Source: Thiomicrospira sp.
Lineage (GTDB): Bacteria > Pseudomonadota > Gammaproteobacteria > Thiomicrospirales > Thiomicrospiraceae
Direction of reading: 5' to 3'
Assembly (NCBI GenBank): GCA_030826915.1
Contig: JAUUDE010000059.1
Span: forward strand, 357 to 64,356
Length of the DNA: 64,000 bases
The notes beneath the pieces were generated by a model. The model was not told the DNA's origin. It ran no database searches and saw only the letters and a program-made list of their open reading frames with translations. Of the stretch, positions 54,486 to 64,000 are shown in pieces (the first letter of the stretch is position 1; the number at the start of each line of letters is the position of its first letter). The position numbers were made by a program, and so were the translations under genes.

Positions 54486-55400
54486 GTGGAGTTTTTGAGT
54501 TTTGTCGGTGTTGTATCGGCTCTTATTTTGATTTACCTATTTTTAGCCGTAAAAATCGTTTCTCAGGCAGATCAATGGGTGATTGAACGTTTAGGAAAAT
54601 ATCATCGTACTTTGGGGGCGGGTATTAACTTTATTGTGCCTTTTATCGACCAGAGACGTTCGTTGTTTTCTACCCAAGAGCAGATTATTGATGTGCCGCG
54701 CCAGGCAGTGATTACTAAGGATAACGTCAGTATTCAGATAGATGCTGTGGTGTTTATTCGTATTAATGATGCTAAACAAGCCACCTATGAAATTCAAGAT
54801 TTAAAACAAGCTATTGCGCAACTTGCTCAAACCACTTTACGTGCAGAAATTGGGCGTATGGAACTGGATGAAACATTAAGTTCAAGAGCCGATTTAAATG
54901 CGGTATTGTTGACAGCTTTGGATGCGGCAAGTTCCACTTGGGGTGCAAAAGTTACTCGTGTTGAAGTGGCAGATATTGCCGTTCCTGAAGCGGTGCAAAC
55001 AGCAATGGAATTGCAAATGGAAGCAGAACGTCGTCGTCGTGCAACCGAAACCGAAGCTGAAGGGGATAAAAACGCCTTAATTATGCAGGCTGAGGGTGAG
55101 CGTCAACAAGCGTTTAAGCAAGCGGAAGCGGTTGAGCGTATGGCGGATGCACAGAAATATGAAAAAGAGCAATTGGCGATTGGTGAGCAACGTGCCATTG
55201 AAGTTATTAACGAAGCGATGACAGCCAATAAAGATGCTGCCAGCTTTTTGCTTGCTAAAGACCGTATTGCTGCCTTTGCCGAATTGGCAGGTAGCGATTC
55301 TGCCAATAAAGTCGTAGTACCAGTAGAAACTTCAGAAATGGTCGGTTCATTAACCGCTTTTGCAAGCTTGCTTGGGCAAAACTCTGCTACACCAAAATAG
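54486..55400 (+). CDS. SPFH/Band 7 (stomatin-like, QmcA) protein
   Basis: GTG start after AAGGAG; IERLGKY, VITKDNV, QTTLRAEIG, WGAKVTRVEV. Confidence 0.92.
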   Translation: MEFLSFVGVVSALILIYLFLAVKIVSQADQWVIERLGKYHRTLGAGINFIVPFIDQRRSLFSTQEQIIDVPRQAVITKDNVSIQIDAVVFIRINDAKQATYEIQDLKQAIAQLAQTTLRAEIGRMELDETLSSRADLNAVLLTALDAASSTWGAKVTRVEVADIAVPEAVQTAMELQMEAERRRRATETEAEGDKNALIMQAEGERQQAFKQAEAVERMADAQKYEKEQLAIGEQRAIEVINEAMTANKDAASFLLAKDRIAAFAELAGSDSANKVVVPVETSEMVGSLTAFASLLGQNSATPK

Positions 55401-55413
55401 GTTAGAACTGATT

Positions 55414-55851
55414 ATGGAAAATATTTTAGACGCGATTCCTGTTTGGATTATGTTGAGTATTGGTTTTGCTTTACTCGCTGTTGAATTAATCACCGCCACA
55501 TTTATCGTCATGTTTTTTGGTTTGGCTTTTATCTTGGTTGGTGTAATAGGCTTTTTTGTTGACTGGTCATCGGGTGAGTTTCAGCTATTAATCGCCATGT
55601 TATTGGGCGGTGTGTTAACGTTTGCTTTACGAGGTTTGGTTACCAAAGGGCTTTCTAAAGAAGACTTGCCGCTAGAAACCATGCAAACCGGTGACACAGG
55701 CCAGATTGAGGTTCATGATGGTCATTTAAGAGTAAATTATAAAGGTACAACTTGGGCCTTTAAAAACATGAGTGATGATGAAGTCAGAGATGGCGATGAA
55801 GTAATTGTCACTGAGTTGAAAAATAATACGGCTTATATAACCAAAGCTTAG
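55414..55851 (+). CDS. NfeD-family protein (SPFH partner)
   Basis: 3 TMs plus C-terminal OB fold (VNYKGTTW...GDEVIV). Confidence 0.85.
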   Translation: MENILDAIPVWIMLSIGFALLAVELITATFIVMFFGLAFILVGVIGFFVDWSSGEFQLLIAMLLGGVLTFALRGLVTKGLSKEDLPLETMQTGDTGQIEVHDGHLRVNYKGTTWAFKNMSDDEVRDGDEVIVTELKNNTAYITKA

Positions 55852-55873
55852 TCTTTTCCAATAAGTATCTCAG

Positions 55874-55898
55874 TAACCAAGTGCTAAGCACTTGGTTA
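55874..55898. terminator. Perfect hairpin after the NfeD gene (terminator or repeat remnant)
   Basis: TAACCAAGTGC-TAA-GCACTTGGTTA. Confidence 0.45.
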
Positions 55899-56075
55899 AT
55901 AAATAGGTTTAACTTTTCTAGTTAAATTTCTTATTCCTTATGTTCTATGGCTCCTCAATCTAGTATTGTTTTTTATTTATAAATAAATCTTATCTATTTA
56001 TAAATAAAAATTGATTTTTGTTATAACTTAAATAAAATGATTTGCAAATCAATTCATGATAATTAGGACTACAGT

Positions 56076-56660
56076 ATGAAAATCAAAATAATGACACGAG
56101 TGATTTTAACGGCTTCACTTTCTTCTTTTTTTACTAGCAATGCTATTGCAGCAGATACAGCAACTGCAAATATGGAAGAGGCGCGTGGATTAGTTAAGCA
56201 GTTTGCAGGGCAGCTAAAGCCAGAACTTAAAAAAGCGATGAAAGCAGGTGGGCCAGTAGCAGCGGTTGAATTTTGCCATGCCAAAGCACCAGTAATCGCT
56301 AAAAATCTAGCTGACAAGTCTGGTTGGAATGTTAGCCGCGTAAGCTTAAAAGCTCGTGGGGCTATGGCAACACCTGATGTTTGGGAAACGGCAGTATTGA
56401 ATAAGTTCAATGAGAAAAAAGCGGCTGGCGAGCCAGTTAAAACAATGGAATTCTCGGAGGTGACTCACGAAGCAGGTCAAAAAACATTCCGTTATATGAA
56501 GGCGATTGGAACGGCTGAAGTGTGTTTAACATGTCACGGTACTAACGTAGCAGAACCTATCAAACAAGCGATTGCTAAATACTACCCTCAAGATAATGCT
56601 ATGGGCTTTAAAAAAGGCGATATCCGTGGTGCATTTAGTTTCTCTAAAGTGGTGAAATAA
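56076..56660 (+). CDS. Periplasmic c-type cytochrome, DUF3365/Tll0287-like
   Basis: Signal peptide, GGPVAAVEFC, RVSLKAR, FRYMKAI...CLTCHG...YPQDNAMGF..GDIRGAFS. Confidence 0.85.
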   Translation: MKIKIMTRVILTASLSSFFTSNAIAADTATANMEEARGLVKQFAGQLKPELKKAMKAGGPVAAVEFCHAKAPVIAKNLADKSGWNVSRVSLKARGAMATPDVWETAVLNKFNEKKAAGEPVKTMEFSEVTHEAGQKTFRYMKAIGTAEVCLTCHGTNVAEPIKQAIAKYYPQDNAMGFKKGDIRGAFSFSKVVK

Positions 56661-57143
56661 ATGAGAGCGTTATTTGTTTCAGTGATGATGTTGGTTGCCG
56701 TTTCTGTGCAAGCACAAACAATAACTAGCCAAAGTTTTGAAGACCAGTGGGAAAAGCCTGTTGAATTGAATGAGCAAGTTAAATGGTTGGTGATTACTCA
56801 ATCTAAAGACGCTGGAAAAATGGTGAAAGAGACCTTTGAAGCATTAGAATTGGCGGATTTAGCACAACTAAATATGCTTTATATTGCCGATATCTCAGGT
56901 ATGCCAGGTTTTATTAGTAAAATGTTTGCTATACCTAAAATGCAAGATTATGCCTTTAAAATAGGGTTAATCAAGGAAGAAGGTCAATTAGGTACACTGC
57001 GATTAACAGGTCTAGATAAAGAAGCAATTAGTGTGATTAGTTTGAGCAATTTAGAGATAATAAATACACAGTTATTCAAAGACCAAGCTCAGTTTAAAAA
57101 CTTTTTAGAAACCAAAGTAATCAGTTCAGTTTCCGAAAAATAG
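56661..57143 (+). CDS. Exported hypothetical protein (thioredoxin-like fold without CxxC, tentative)
   Basis: Signal peptide, FEDQWE, YIADISGMPGFISKMFAIPKM; abuts the cytochrome gene. Confidence 0.7.
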   Translation: MRALFVSVMMLVAVSVQAQTITSQSFEDQWEKPVELNEQVKWLVITQSKDAGKMVKETFEALELADLAQLNMLYIADISGMPGFISKMFAIPKMQDYAFKIGLIKEEGQLGTLRLTGLDKEAISVISLSNLEIINTQLFKDQAQFKNFLETKVISSVSEK

Positions 57144-57239
57144 TTTGTTTCGTTTTACGAGAGCATTCAGGTTATTGAATGCCCTCGAATTTGAACTTAT
57201 TTTCTTTATAAAATTTTAGAATAATCGCTTTAGTCAGCT

Positions 57240-58123
57240 CTATTTTTCTATTTGAGATAGAAGAGCAGGGTTTTTGACGATGTTTCTTACGCCATGAGCA
57301 TGGTCTTCCTCAAAGTCATTTCCTTTACACCATTCACCGACAGTTTCAATATTCACCTTAGCAACCTTAGGTCGCACACTCCATGAAACTTGGAAAGAGG
57401 AACCTTTCTCGTTATATTTTGGTCCCGTTGTTGAACCAGCATATTCCACAGGAGTTCCTGTATTTGAAGGAATATTTAAAGCCTGATACAAACCGTCCTT
57501 TTTCCCATAATTCGTTAGCTTGTTGAAGTCTAAAGCATTTTTATCATTGACCAATACATAAACCTGGCCTTCAACACGAAGCTGAGGGTTGTTTATGGAT
57601 TTACTCAAACAAGAACCTAATGTAGGCCCTGGTTTCACAGCGGCAGTGGAATAAACGTAATGTACTTCAATGGTATCTCCAACTGAAAGTGCACCATGTT
57701 TACTTGGGCAGATTTTTGCATGTACCGCAGCCATTTCATTGTGAGTTAATTGCCCAGAGTATTTGTAACCACTTAGGTAACCATGTCCATCACCGTTTCC
57801 AGCATAAGTGGTAAATTCGCCACCTTTATACTCGGCATTTTTATGAAAGTGAATGTTACACAAGTTCATTTTTGTAGAAGCCGGTGCTTTACTAAATTGA
57901 ATTGGGTTGGTTCCTTTTACCGAATCAATATCACGTGGCGTCTGTGGGCCAAATCCCTTGCCTTCTGTGTTTTTGGCTAACATTTCTCGTTGATGTGCAA
58001 TTGTTTCAGCGGTGGCATGGTGTGCTGCATGAGGTGAATCGTGATGATGTTCTTGTTCAAAGGCTTGAGCAGTTACAGCAACTAAAATGTGCTAGTAACC
58101 GCTAATAGAATTTGTTTTTTCAT
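57240..58123 (-). pseudogene. Delta-class carbonic anhydrase-like protein with signal peptide and His-rich N-terminus; one frameshift at T4 run 58084-58087
   Basis: GPQTPRDID, NLCNIHFHKNAE, TIEVHYV, PQLRVE.QV, YAGSTTG, VSWSV, HAHGVR; corrected N-terminus MKKQILLAVTSTFLVAVTAQA-FEQEHHHDSPHAAHH. Confidence 0.78.
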
Positions 58124-58255
58124 AAATATCCCCGTTGATTCTATTAGAAAAATATTAGATAAAAACGCTAATTTAGAGTGTTTGCTATAAATTCTGCTAA
58201 GTGTATAAAAAAATACAACTTTACACGAGAGTTAAATGGAAGGAATAAATATAGA

Positions 58256-59215
58256 TTATCTTTTCAGTTGAGCGGAAAATTCATCTAAGCTAATTTCAAT
58301 ATGCCCAGATTTATCACGATTTGGGCCTTTTATGATTTCTTGGGCTGCCCAGGCATGGCCATGCACAACTTCATAAGTGGCTGGTATTTTATTGTCCACA
58401 GGGTTTCTGATTGCTTCGTAGGCGTTGAGCATAGAAGCAAAAAGCTGTTTACCCATTAAGCCATTATTACGTTGTTTATTGGCATTGGTTGCGCCGATGG
58501 CTTTTAAATCTTTTAACACGCCAATAGGTTTGTCATAGGTAAGGGTGAAGATTTCCATATCCATAACGGGTTGTCCAAAGCCATTACGAATCAGTGCATC
58601 CCCAATGTCGTGCATATCAATAAAGGTATTTACGTGTTCATAATTGGCGTCCGCGGATTGCCAGGCCTGCCTAAGTTCTTTAAGGGTATCTGGGCCAAAA
58701 GTGGTGAACATAATCAAACCTTCAGTGCGTAAAACGCGTCTGAATTCGGCAAAAACACTGTCTAAGTCATCACACCACTGCAGCATGAGATTGCTCACAA
58801 TAAGATCCACACTGTTGTCCGCAAAGGGAAGCTGATAGACATCGGCATTGATGGCGGTGGCGGTTTTACGTTTTGCCATTTTTTTGGTGAGTGTACATTG
58901 CTGTAAAAAGCCATTCAATTTAGTTGGAAGATTTGGCCACCGAGATGTATATAGACGTTCAGAGGCCATTTTTAACATGCTTTCAGATAAATCTACCGCA
59001 AACAGTTGTGCATCGGGATAACGCTGAATAACCTTTTCGGTAAGCAGGCCTGTGCCTGCTCCTAAATCTAAAATAATTTTAGGTTCAATAGTGGTTAATT
59101 CAAGGCGTTCATCAATCCGTTCGGCAACGGTTTTTTGTAAGATTGCGGCATCATCATAACTGGGTGCGGCGTGGTTGAAATGTTGTTGAATATGTTGGCG
59201 ACTGAAGCTTTGCAT
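58256..59215 (-). CDS. bioC: Malonyl-ACP O-methyltransferase
   Basis: YDDAAILQ, LDLGAGTG, SNLMLQW, TFGPDTLKELR; bio operon. Confidence 0.93.
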   Translation of the reverse strand: MQSFSRQHIQQHFNHAAPSYDDAAILQKTVAERIDERLELTTIEPKIILDLGAGTGLLTEKVIQRYPDAQLFAVDLSESMLKMASERLYTSRWPNLPTKLNGFLQQCTLTKKMAKRKTATAINADVYQLPFADNSVDLIVSNLMLQWCDDLDSVFAEFRRVLRTEGLIMFTTFGPDTLKELRQAWQSADANYEHVNTFIDMHDIGDALIRNGFGQPVMDMEIFTLTYDKPIGVLKDLKAIGATNANKQRNNGLMGKQLFASMLNAYEAIRNPVDNKIPATYEVVHGHAWAAQEIIKGPNRDKSGHIEISLDEFSAQLKR

Positions 59216-59218
59216 GAA

Positions 59219-60016
59219 TTATTGTTGTCTTAGAAATTTTAGAATGTAGTCAGCGGTTTCATCTGGCTGAGAAAAGAACGGAATATGGCTACCGCCTGGA
59301 ATGATTTTAATTTGTGCGTTTGGTTGTAACTCTTGTAATTGTGTACGAATTTCTTGCGGAATGAGCGGGTCTCTTTCGCCTAATAACCAAAGAGTAGGCA
59401 TGGTTAACTCCTTGATTTGGTTGCGGTTGTCCATGTCTTTTAGCAAGGTTAAACCTTGGTTAAGCGGTTTAAGTGTTGGCATATTTCGGCTAGACATATG
59501 TTTAACCAGCTCTTTCATAAGAGTACGGCCGTTTTCTGAACCCTGTAGCTGTAAACGCCAGAACTTTTTTAGCACGGATGAGATTTCAATGCTAATCGCT
59601 TGAATAAAATCTCCAATAATTTGCGGGCTAACGGAGCGTTGCCAACCATCGTTTTGAGTAAAACGGGGAGTAGTGGCTAGGCAGATTAAACTGAGTATTT
59701 TTTCAGGATGACGTAAAGCAATTTGTTGAGCTAATAATCCACCTAAAGACCAACCAAGTAAATGCGTTTTTTCTGGTAGGGCGGCAATTAATGCATTTAT
59801 CCAATCATCTTCAATGGTCTGGCTATTTGGCAGGCTGGGACTCTTTCCAAAACCCGGTAGGTCAATTAAGGTCACGGTATATTCAGGTGATAATTTTTCG
59901 GTTGCCCAATCTTGCCATACACGGCTCTCCGCTCCCCAGCCATGAATCATGGTTAGGTTTGGGCGAGGCTGATTGTGCTCATCAAAAGAGGGTATAACAA
60001 TGGTGTTTAATTTCAT
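59219..60016 (-). CDS. bioH: Pimeloyl-ACP methyl ester carboxylesterase
   Basis: HGWG, DLPGFG, GWSLGG, H.PF; bio operon. Confidence 0.92.
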   Translation of the reverse strand: MKLNTIVIPSFDEHNQPRPNLTMIHGWGAESRVWQDWATEKLSPEYTVTLIDLPGFGKSPSLPNSQTIEDDWINALIAALPEKTHLLGWSLGGLLAQQIALRHPEKILSLICLATTPRFTQNDGWQRSVSPQIIGDFIQAISIEISSVLKKFWRLQLQGSENGRTLMKELVKHMSSRNMPTLKPLNQGLTLLKDMDNRNQIKELTMPTLWLLGERDPLIPQEIRTQLQELQPNAQIKIIPGGSHIPFFSQPDETADYILKFLRQQ

Positions 60017-60074
60017 GCGGCTATTTTAGCGTTTTTTTCGCTTTACCGTATAGGCTTTACAAGTAAAGTGCAGT

Positions 60075-61256
60075 TTATGATTGTGTTGCTTGAATCGATT
60101 TGAGTGCACTGAGAAGCTTATCGATTTGTTGGCTTGAATGGTTAGCAGACAGCGTGACTCTTAAGCGAGCTTGGTTTTTCGGTACGGTAGGTGGTCTAAT
60201 GGCGCTAACCCAAAAGCCCGCTTGTTTTAAAGTGTCACTCCAATGCAGTGCGAGTTCACTACTGCCGAGTAAAACGGGTTGAATGGCAGTTTCACTTGGC
60301 CATAAATCCAAACCGAGTTTCATGGCCCCATCTCTAAAGTGAGTGATGTTTTTTTGTAGGGTTTCACGTGAAGCGTCTGAGTCTTTGACCAGTTTTAAGG
60401 CTTCACGTATGGCTAAGGCGTTAAGTTGTGGCATGGCGGTGGTGTAGATATAAGGGCGCGCAAATTGGATTAGGGTTTCAATAAGCGTTTCACTGCCTGC
60501 AACAAACGCGCCCGATGTGCCAAATGCTTTGCCAAGGGTTCCCATAAGAATCGTGTTTTTATCTGGCTCTAAACCAAAATGTGCAAAACTGCCTTTACCT
60601 TGTTTACCTAAACAACCGAAGCCATGTGCATCATCTACAAATAACCAGGCCTGGTAGGTTTGTGCAAGCTGTTGCATTTGAGCCAACGGTGCAATATCGC
60701 CATCCATACTGAAAACGCCATCGGTGACAATCATGGCTTGGCTATTATTTTCTTGTGCTTGTTGTAAACGGCGTTCTAGGGCTTGCATATTTAAATGCGG
60801 GTAACGTTTTAAGTTGGCGGCAGAAAGTTGCGCACCATCAATCAAGGAGGCGTGGTTTAGCTTGTCGGCAAGAATGGTATCGCCTGCCTGCATTAGCGTT
60901 TGTTGTACCGCCAAATTAGCCATATAACCTGTGGAAAACAGCAAAGCACGTTCAACACCTAGCCAGTCTGCCAACTCATCTTCCAAAAGATGGTGATGTA
61001 AATGATGGCCTGTTACCAAATGCGCTGCCCCAGAACCATAGCTGATGTCATCTTTGTTCAATGCGTTCTGTAGATTAGACTTAATTTGAGGGTGGTTGGC
61101 TAAACCCAGATAGTCATTGGAGGAAAAGTTAATGCAATCCAAGCCGTTAATTTTCATCACAGGCTGTTGTGGCGAAAAGACTAATGGGCGGCGGCGATAG
61201 AGAAAATCGTGCTCACGTTTTTCAAGTAAGGGTTTAAAACGTTTTTCAATAGACAT
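60075..61256 (-). CDS. bioF: 8-amino-7-oxononanoate synthase
   Basis: FSSNDYLGL, NHASLIDG, DGVFSMDGD, VDDAHG, TLGKAFG, AIRPPTVP. Confidence 0.95.
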   Translation of the reverse strand: MSIEKRFKPLLEKREHDFLYRRRPLVFSPQQPVMKINGLDCINFSSNDYLGLANHPQIKSNLQNALNKDDISYGSGAAHLVTGHHLHHHLLEDELADWLGVERALLFSTGYMANLAVQQTLMQAGDTILADKLNHASLIDGAQLSAANLKRYPHLNMQALERRLQQAQENNSQAMIVTDGVFSMDGDIAPLAQMQQLAQTYQAWLFVDDAHGFGCLGKQGKGSFAHFGLEPDKNTILMGTLGKAFGTSGAFVAGSETLIETLIQFARPYIYTTAMPQLNALAIREALKLVKDSDASRETLQKNITHFRDGAMKLGLDLWPSETAIQPVLLGSSELALHWSDTLKQAGFWVSAIRPPTVPKNQARLRVTLSANHSSQQIDKLLSALKSIQATQS

Positions 61257-61300
61257 GATATATGGATAAGTAAGCTTGGCTCCAATTGGAGCCAGCAAAA

Positions 61301-62326
61301 CTATGCCGTCAGTTCAGTTGCTTGTTCAGACATTTTTTTGGCTTCAGCTTCGGCTTTAACATTTTGTTGCATTTGAATGCCCAGCTTTTTGAATAGTTGA
61401 ATGTCATGATCAGACTCTGGGTTTTCAGTGGTCAGTAGTTTGTCGCCGTAGAAAATAGAGTTTGCTCCTGCTAAGAAACACAACGCCTGTGCTTCATCGG
61501 TTAACGTCATGCGGCCTGCTGATAAGCGAACATAGGTTTGTGGCATGACAATACGTGCCGCGGCAATTACACGGATAAATTCAAATGAATCGGTTTTGTC
61601 CTTCATGTGTGCTAAAGGCGTACCTTCAACGGCAACCAGAAGGTTGATAGGAACTGAGTTTGGATGATCGCGCATAGTTGCGAAGGTGCGCAACAGTTCG
61701 GCACGGTCTTTGTGCTGTTCACCCATGCCGATAATACCGCCAGAACAGACATTAATGCCCGCTTCTTGTACTTTATCAATGGTATCTAAGCGATCTTGAT
61801 AGCTACGAGTGGTAATGACTTTAGGGTAAAAGGCCTCTGAGGTATCAAGATTGTGATTGTAGTAGTCCAGGCCTGCTTCTTTAAGCTGTTTGACTTGGTC
61901 GTCATTTAACATACCTAAGGTTAAGCAGGTTTCTAAACCTAAGTCTTTAACCACTTTTACCATCTCTAAAACACGTGGAAAATCCTTTTTAGTCGGATTA
62001 CGCCAAGCCGCTCCCATACATAGTCGTGTTGCACCACGCTCTTTAGCAACCAGTGCTTGTTCAATGACTTCTTGAACTTCCATCATCTGTTCTTTTTCAA
62101 TTTCAGTGTGATTTCGTGCACTTTGAGAACAGTATGAACAATCTTCGGCACAGCCACCTGATTTGATATTGACTAGAGTGCTGGTTTGAACCGTATTGGG
62201 ATTAAAGTGTTTACGGTGCGTAAGCTGAGCTTGAAACATTAAATCATTGAAAGGCTGGTCCATAATGGCGCGAATTTCTTCTAGCGTCCAATCGTGTCTT
62301 ACTTGGCCTACGTTTTCCATATTCAT
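61301..62326 (-). CDS. bioB: Biotin synthase
   Basis: [36 protein letters not shown]. Confidence 0.97.
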   Translation of the reverse strand: MNMENVGQVRHDWTLEEIRAIMDQPFNDLMFQAQLTHRKHFNPNTVQTSTLVNIKSGGCAEDCSYCSQSARNHTEIEKEQMMEVQEVIEQALVAKERGATRLCMGAAWRNPTKKDFPRVLEMVKVVKDLGLETCLTLGMLNDDQVKQLKEAGLDYYNHNLDTSEAFYPKVITTRSYQDRLDTIDKVQEAGINVCSGGIIGMGEQHKDRAELLRTFATMRDHPNSVPINLLVAVEGTPLAHMKDKTDSFEFIRVIAAARIVMPQTYVRLSAGRMTLTDEAQALCFLAGANSIFYGDKLLTTENPESDHDIQLFKKLGIQMQQNVKAEAEAKKMSEQATELTA

Positions 62327-62453
62327 AACTTAATTCCAGTCTTGTTCGGTTTCCAAAAACTGCAAATTATTTAAAGTTGCTTAGCTTTAGGAATAAAATT
62401 TTAATTCGGCTATTATAGCTTATAAGCGTGAGGATGCGAAAAGGAGTCTTACC

Positions 62454-63131
62454 TTGCATTGGCTAGAAAATTGGCTGTTGCCTCCTAGGTGTGTATTAAC
62501 TGGAGAGGCGGCACAAACTCGAGATATATCTAGCAAACTGGTTGAGCAGTGGCCTGTGCCTTATGGTGTCTGTCCACAATGTTGTGAGCCAAGTTTTGAA
62601 AGTCAAACTTGTGGGGCTTGTTTGACTCGACCGCCTGCGTTTGAGAAAACCCAAGTGGGGTTTTATTTTGATAAGGAGTTAGTCGATTTAATTCACGGCC
62701 TAAAATATCAAAGTAACCCTGCTTATGCACGTATTTTGGGGGAGTTACTTGCAGAGAGGCTAAGTGTTGATAATATTGATGCCATTCTCGCGGTGCCATT
62801 ATTTAAGACTCGATTTCGTAGTCGTGGTTTTAATCAAGCTGAGTTAATTGCTGAATCAATGACAAAATCTTTGGCTATCCCTCTGATTAAGGGTGCCATC
62901 TCACGAGTAAAAGACACGCCTAGTCAAACACACCTCAATGCCAAGCAACGAAGAAAAAACCTTAAAAATGCCTTTGCCGTCAAACCAGATAAATTGGTTG
63001 GATTAAAATCGGTTGCGTTGTTGGATGATGTTATTACCACGGGTGCAACCATGCAATCTTTAGCAGAACAGATAAAGCAACAAACGGAGATTACATCTAT
63101 CCAGGCCTGGGCAGTGGCGAAAACGAAATAA
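62454..63131 (+). CDS. comF: ComF/GntX-family amidophosphoribosyltransferase-like competence protein
   Basis: N-terminal zinc-ribbon Cys residues, RGFNQA, DDVITTGAT; divergent from bioB. Confidence 0.88.
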   Translation: MHWLENWLLPPRCVLTGEAAQTRDISSKLVEQWPVPYGVCPQCCEPSFESQTCGACLTRPPAFEKTQVGFYFDKELVDLIHGLKYQSNPAYARILGELLAERLSVDNIDAILAVPLFKTRFRSRGFNQAELIAESMTKSLAIPLIKGAISRVKDTPSQTHLNAKQRRKNLKNAFAVKPDKLVGLKSVALLDDVITTGATMQSLAEQIKQQTEITSIQAWAVAKTK

Positions 63132-63300
63132 TCGTTCTCGTAATCTAGGCAAGTGCTGATTAAATAGCTTGAGATTCTGCGAGAGCTTTAAGGGGGCTAA
63201 GCCAAACTATTTAACCAGCACTTTTCTAAAGCTATTTCGCTTAAACTGCAAAATGATACAATCAAATTCAGCCGTAAACTTAATGATTTTTGGAGCGAGT

Positions 63301-64000
63301 ATGTCTGTTCAACCAGTAGCACATCACCATAGCCATATTGCAAAATCCGACAGCAAAAGTCAGCGGAAGGTTATGATAGCCGCGATTATTACCGCCAGTT
63401 ATATGTTGGTGGAGATTATAGGTGGCTTATGGGTGAATTCGATTGCATTGGTTGCAGATGGTGTGCATATGATGACGGATGCCATGGCACTGGGAATTGC
63501 GTGGTGGGGGTTTTATATGAGTCAAAAACCGGCAACGGACCGCATGACCTTTGGTTTTCAACGTTTTCAAATTTTAACCGCATTTGTGAATGGATTTACT
63601 TTATTGCTGATTGTTGGCGGAATTGTCGCCATGGCTATTCACCGAATGATTGAACCTCAGCAAGTAATGGGCAAAGAGATGTTTATTATTGCATTAATCG
63701 GTTTGTTAAATAACTTGTTTGTGTTTTGGCTATTACACTCCGGTGACCAAAGTAATATGAATATGCGAGGTGCTACTCTGCACTTTTTAGGCGATACGCT
63801 GGGTTCTGTTGCGGTCATTGCCGGTGCCATTATTATTTTTTACACAGGTTGGATGTTGGTTGATCCGTTGCTTTCTATTTTGATGGCCTTCATTATTGGT
63901 GTAGGAGCTTATCGGTTAACCAAAGAGTCGGGGCATATTCTATTAGAAGGGGTGCCAGCCGGTTATGAAATTCAATGTATAGCGGAAGATTTAGAAAAAC
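63301..64000 (+). CDS. Cation diffusion facilitator (ZitB/CzcD-like), truncated by the window end
   Basis: Manual translation MSVQPVAHHHSH...SIALVADGVHMMTD...MTFGFQRFQIL...NMRGATLHFLGD. Confidence 0.88.
   Translation, partial: MSVQPVAHHHSHIAKSDSKSQRKVMIAAIITASYMLVEIIGGLWVNSIALVADGVHMMTDAMALGIAWWGFYMSQKPATDRMTFGFQRFQILTAFVNGFTLLLIVGGIVAMAIHRMIEPQQVMGKEMFIIALIGLLNNLFVFWLLHSGDQSNMNMRGATLHFLGDTLGSVAVIAGAIIIFYTGWMLVDPLLSILMAFIIGVGAYRLTKESGHILLEGVPAGYEIQCIAEDLEK

Noticed and set aside
56036-56053. FNR box (TGATTTGCAAATCA) upstream of the DUF3365 cytochrome
   Set aside because: The spacer is 6 rather than 4 nt and the region is very AT-rich; cannot be assigned.
62327-62453. BirA operator between bioB and comF
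   Set aside because: Only a half-site-like GGTTTCCAA is present, without the matching TTGTAAACC arm.

Overview
Chromosomal core region of an AT-rich (roughly 40% GC, estimated by eye) sulfur-oxidising gammaproteobacterium. Gene content and order (stand-alone soxCD next to moa/moe genes, many c-di-GMP genes, Prx5-Grx hybrid, delta-type carbonic anhydrase) suggest Thiomicrorhabdus/Thiomicrospira/Hydrogenovibrio; this is inference. About 60 CDS: argH, hemCDXY, xthA, purU, tmcA, msrB, mnmC, thiD, pgdx-gor, aroE, hemB, soxCD, moaADE-moeA-moaC, deaD, TRAP dctQM, priA, bioBFHC, comF and a truncated CDF transporter. I saw no rRNA, tRNA, CRISPR array or transposase. Signals the annotation does not explain: (1) a highly iterated palindrome CAGGCCTG (fullest form ACCAGGCCTGGT), at least 27 copies against about 0.4 expected, in all three reading frames and between genes, resembling HIP1 or a DNA uptake sequence; (2) three families of non-autonomous repeats, including a 262-bp GTCGAC-ended MITE with 6-bp TANNTA target duplications and collapsed scars, one of which supplies the argH C-terminus; (3) a glutathione reductase with glutathione-amide-reductase-like substrate residues but an NADPH fingerprint; (4) a signal-peptide-bearing, His-rich delta-CA; (5) homopolymer-associated lesions confined to signalling and accessory genes, which may be assembly error.
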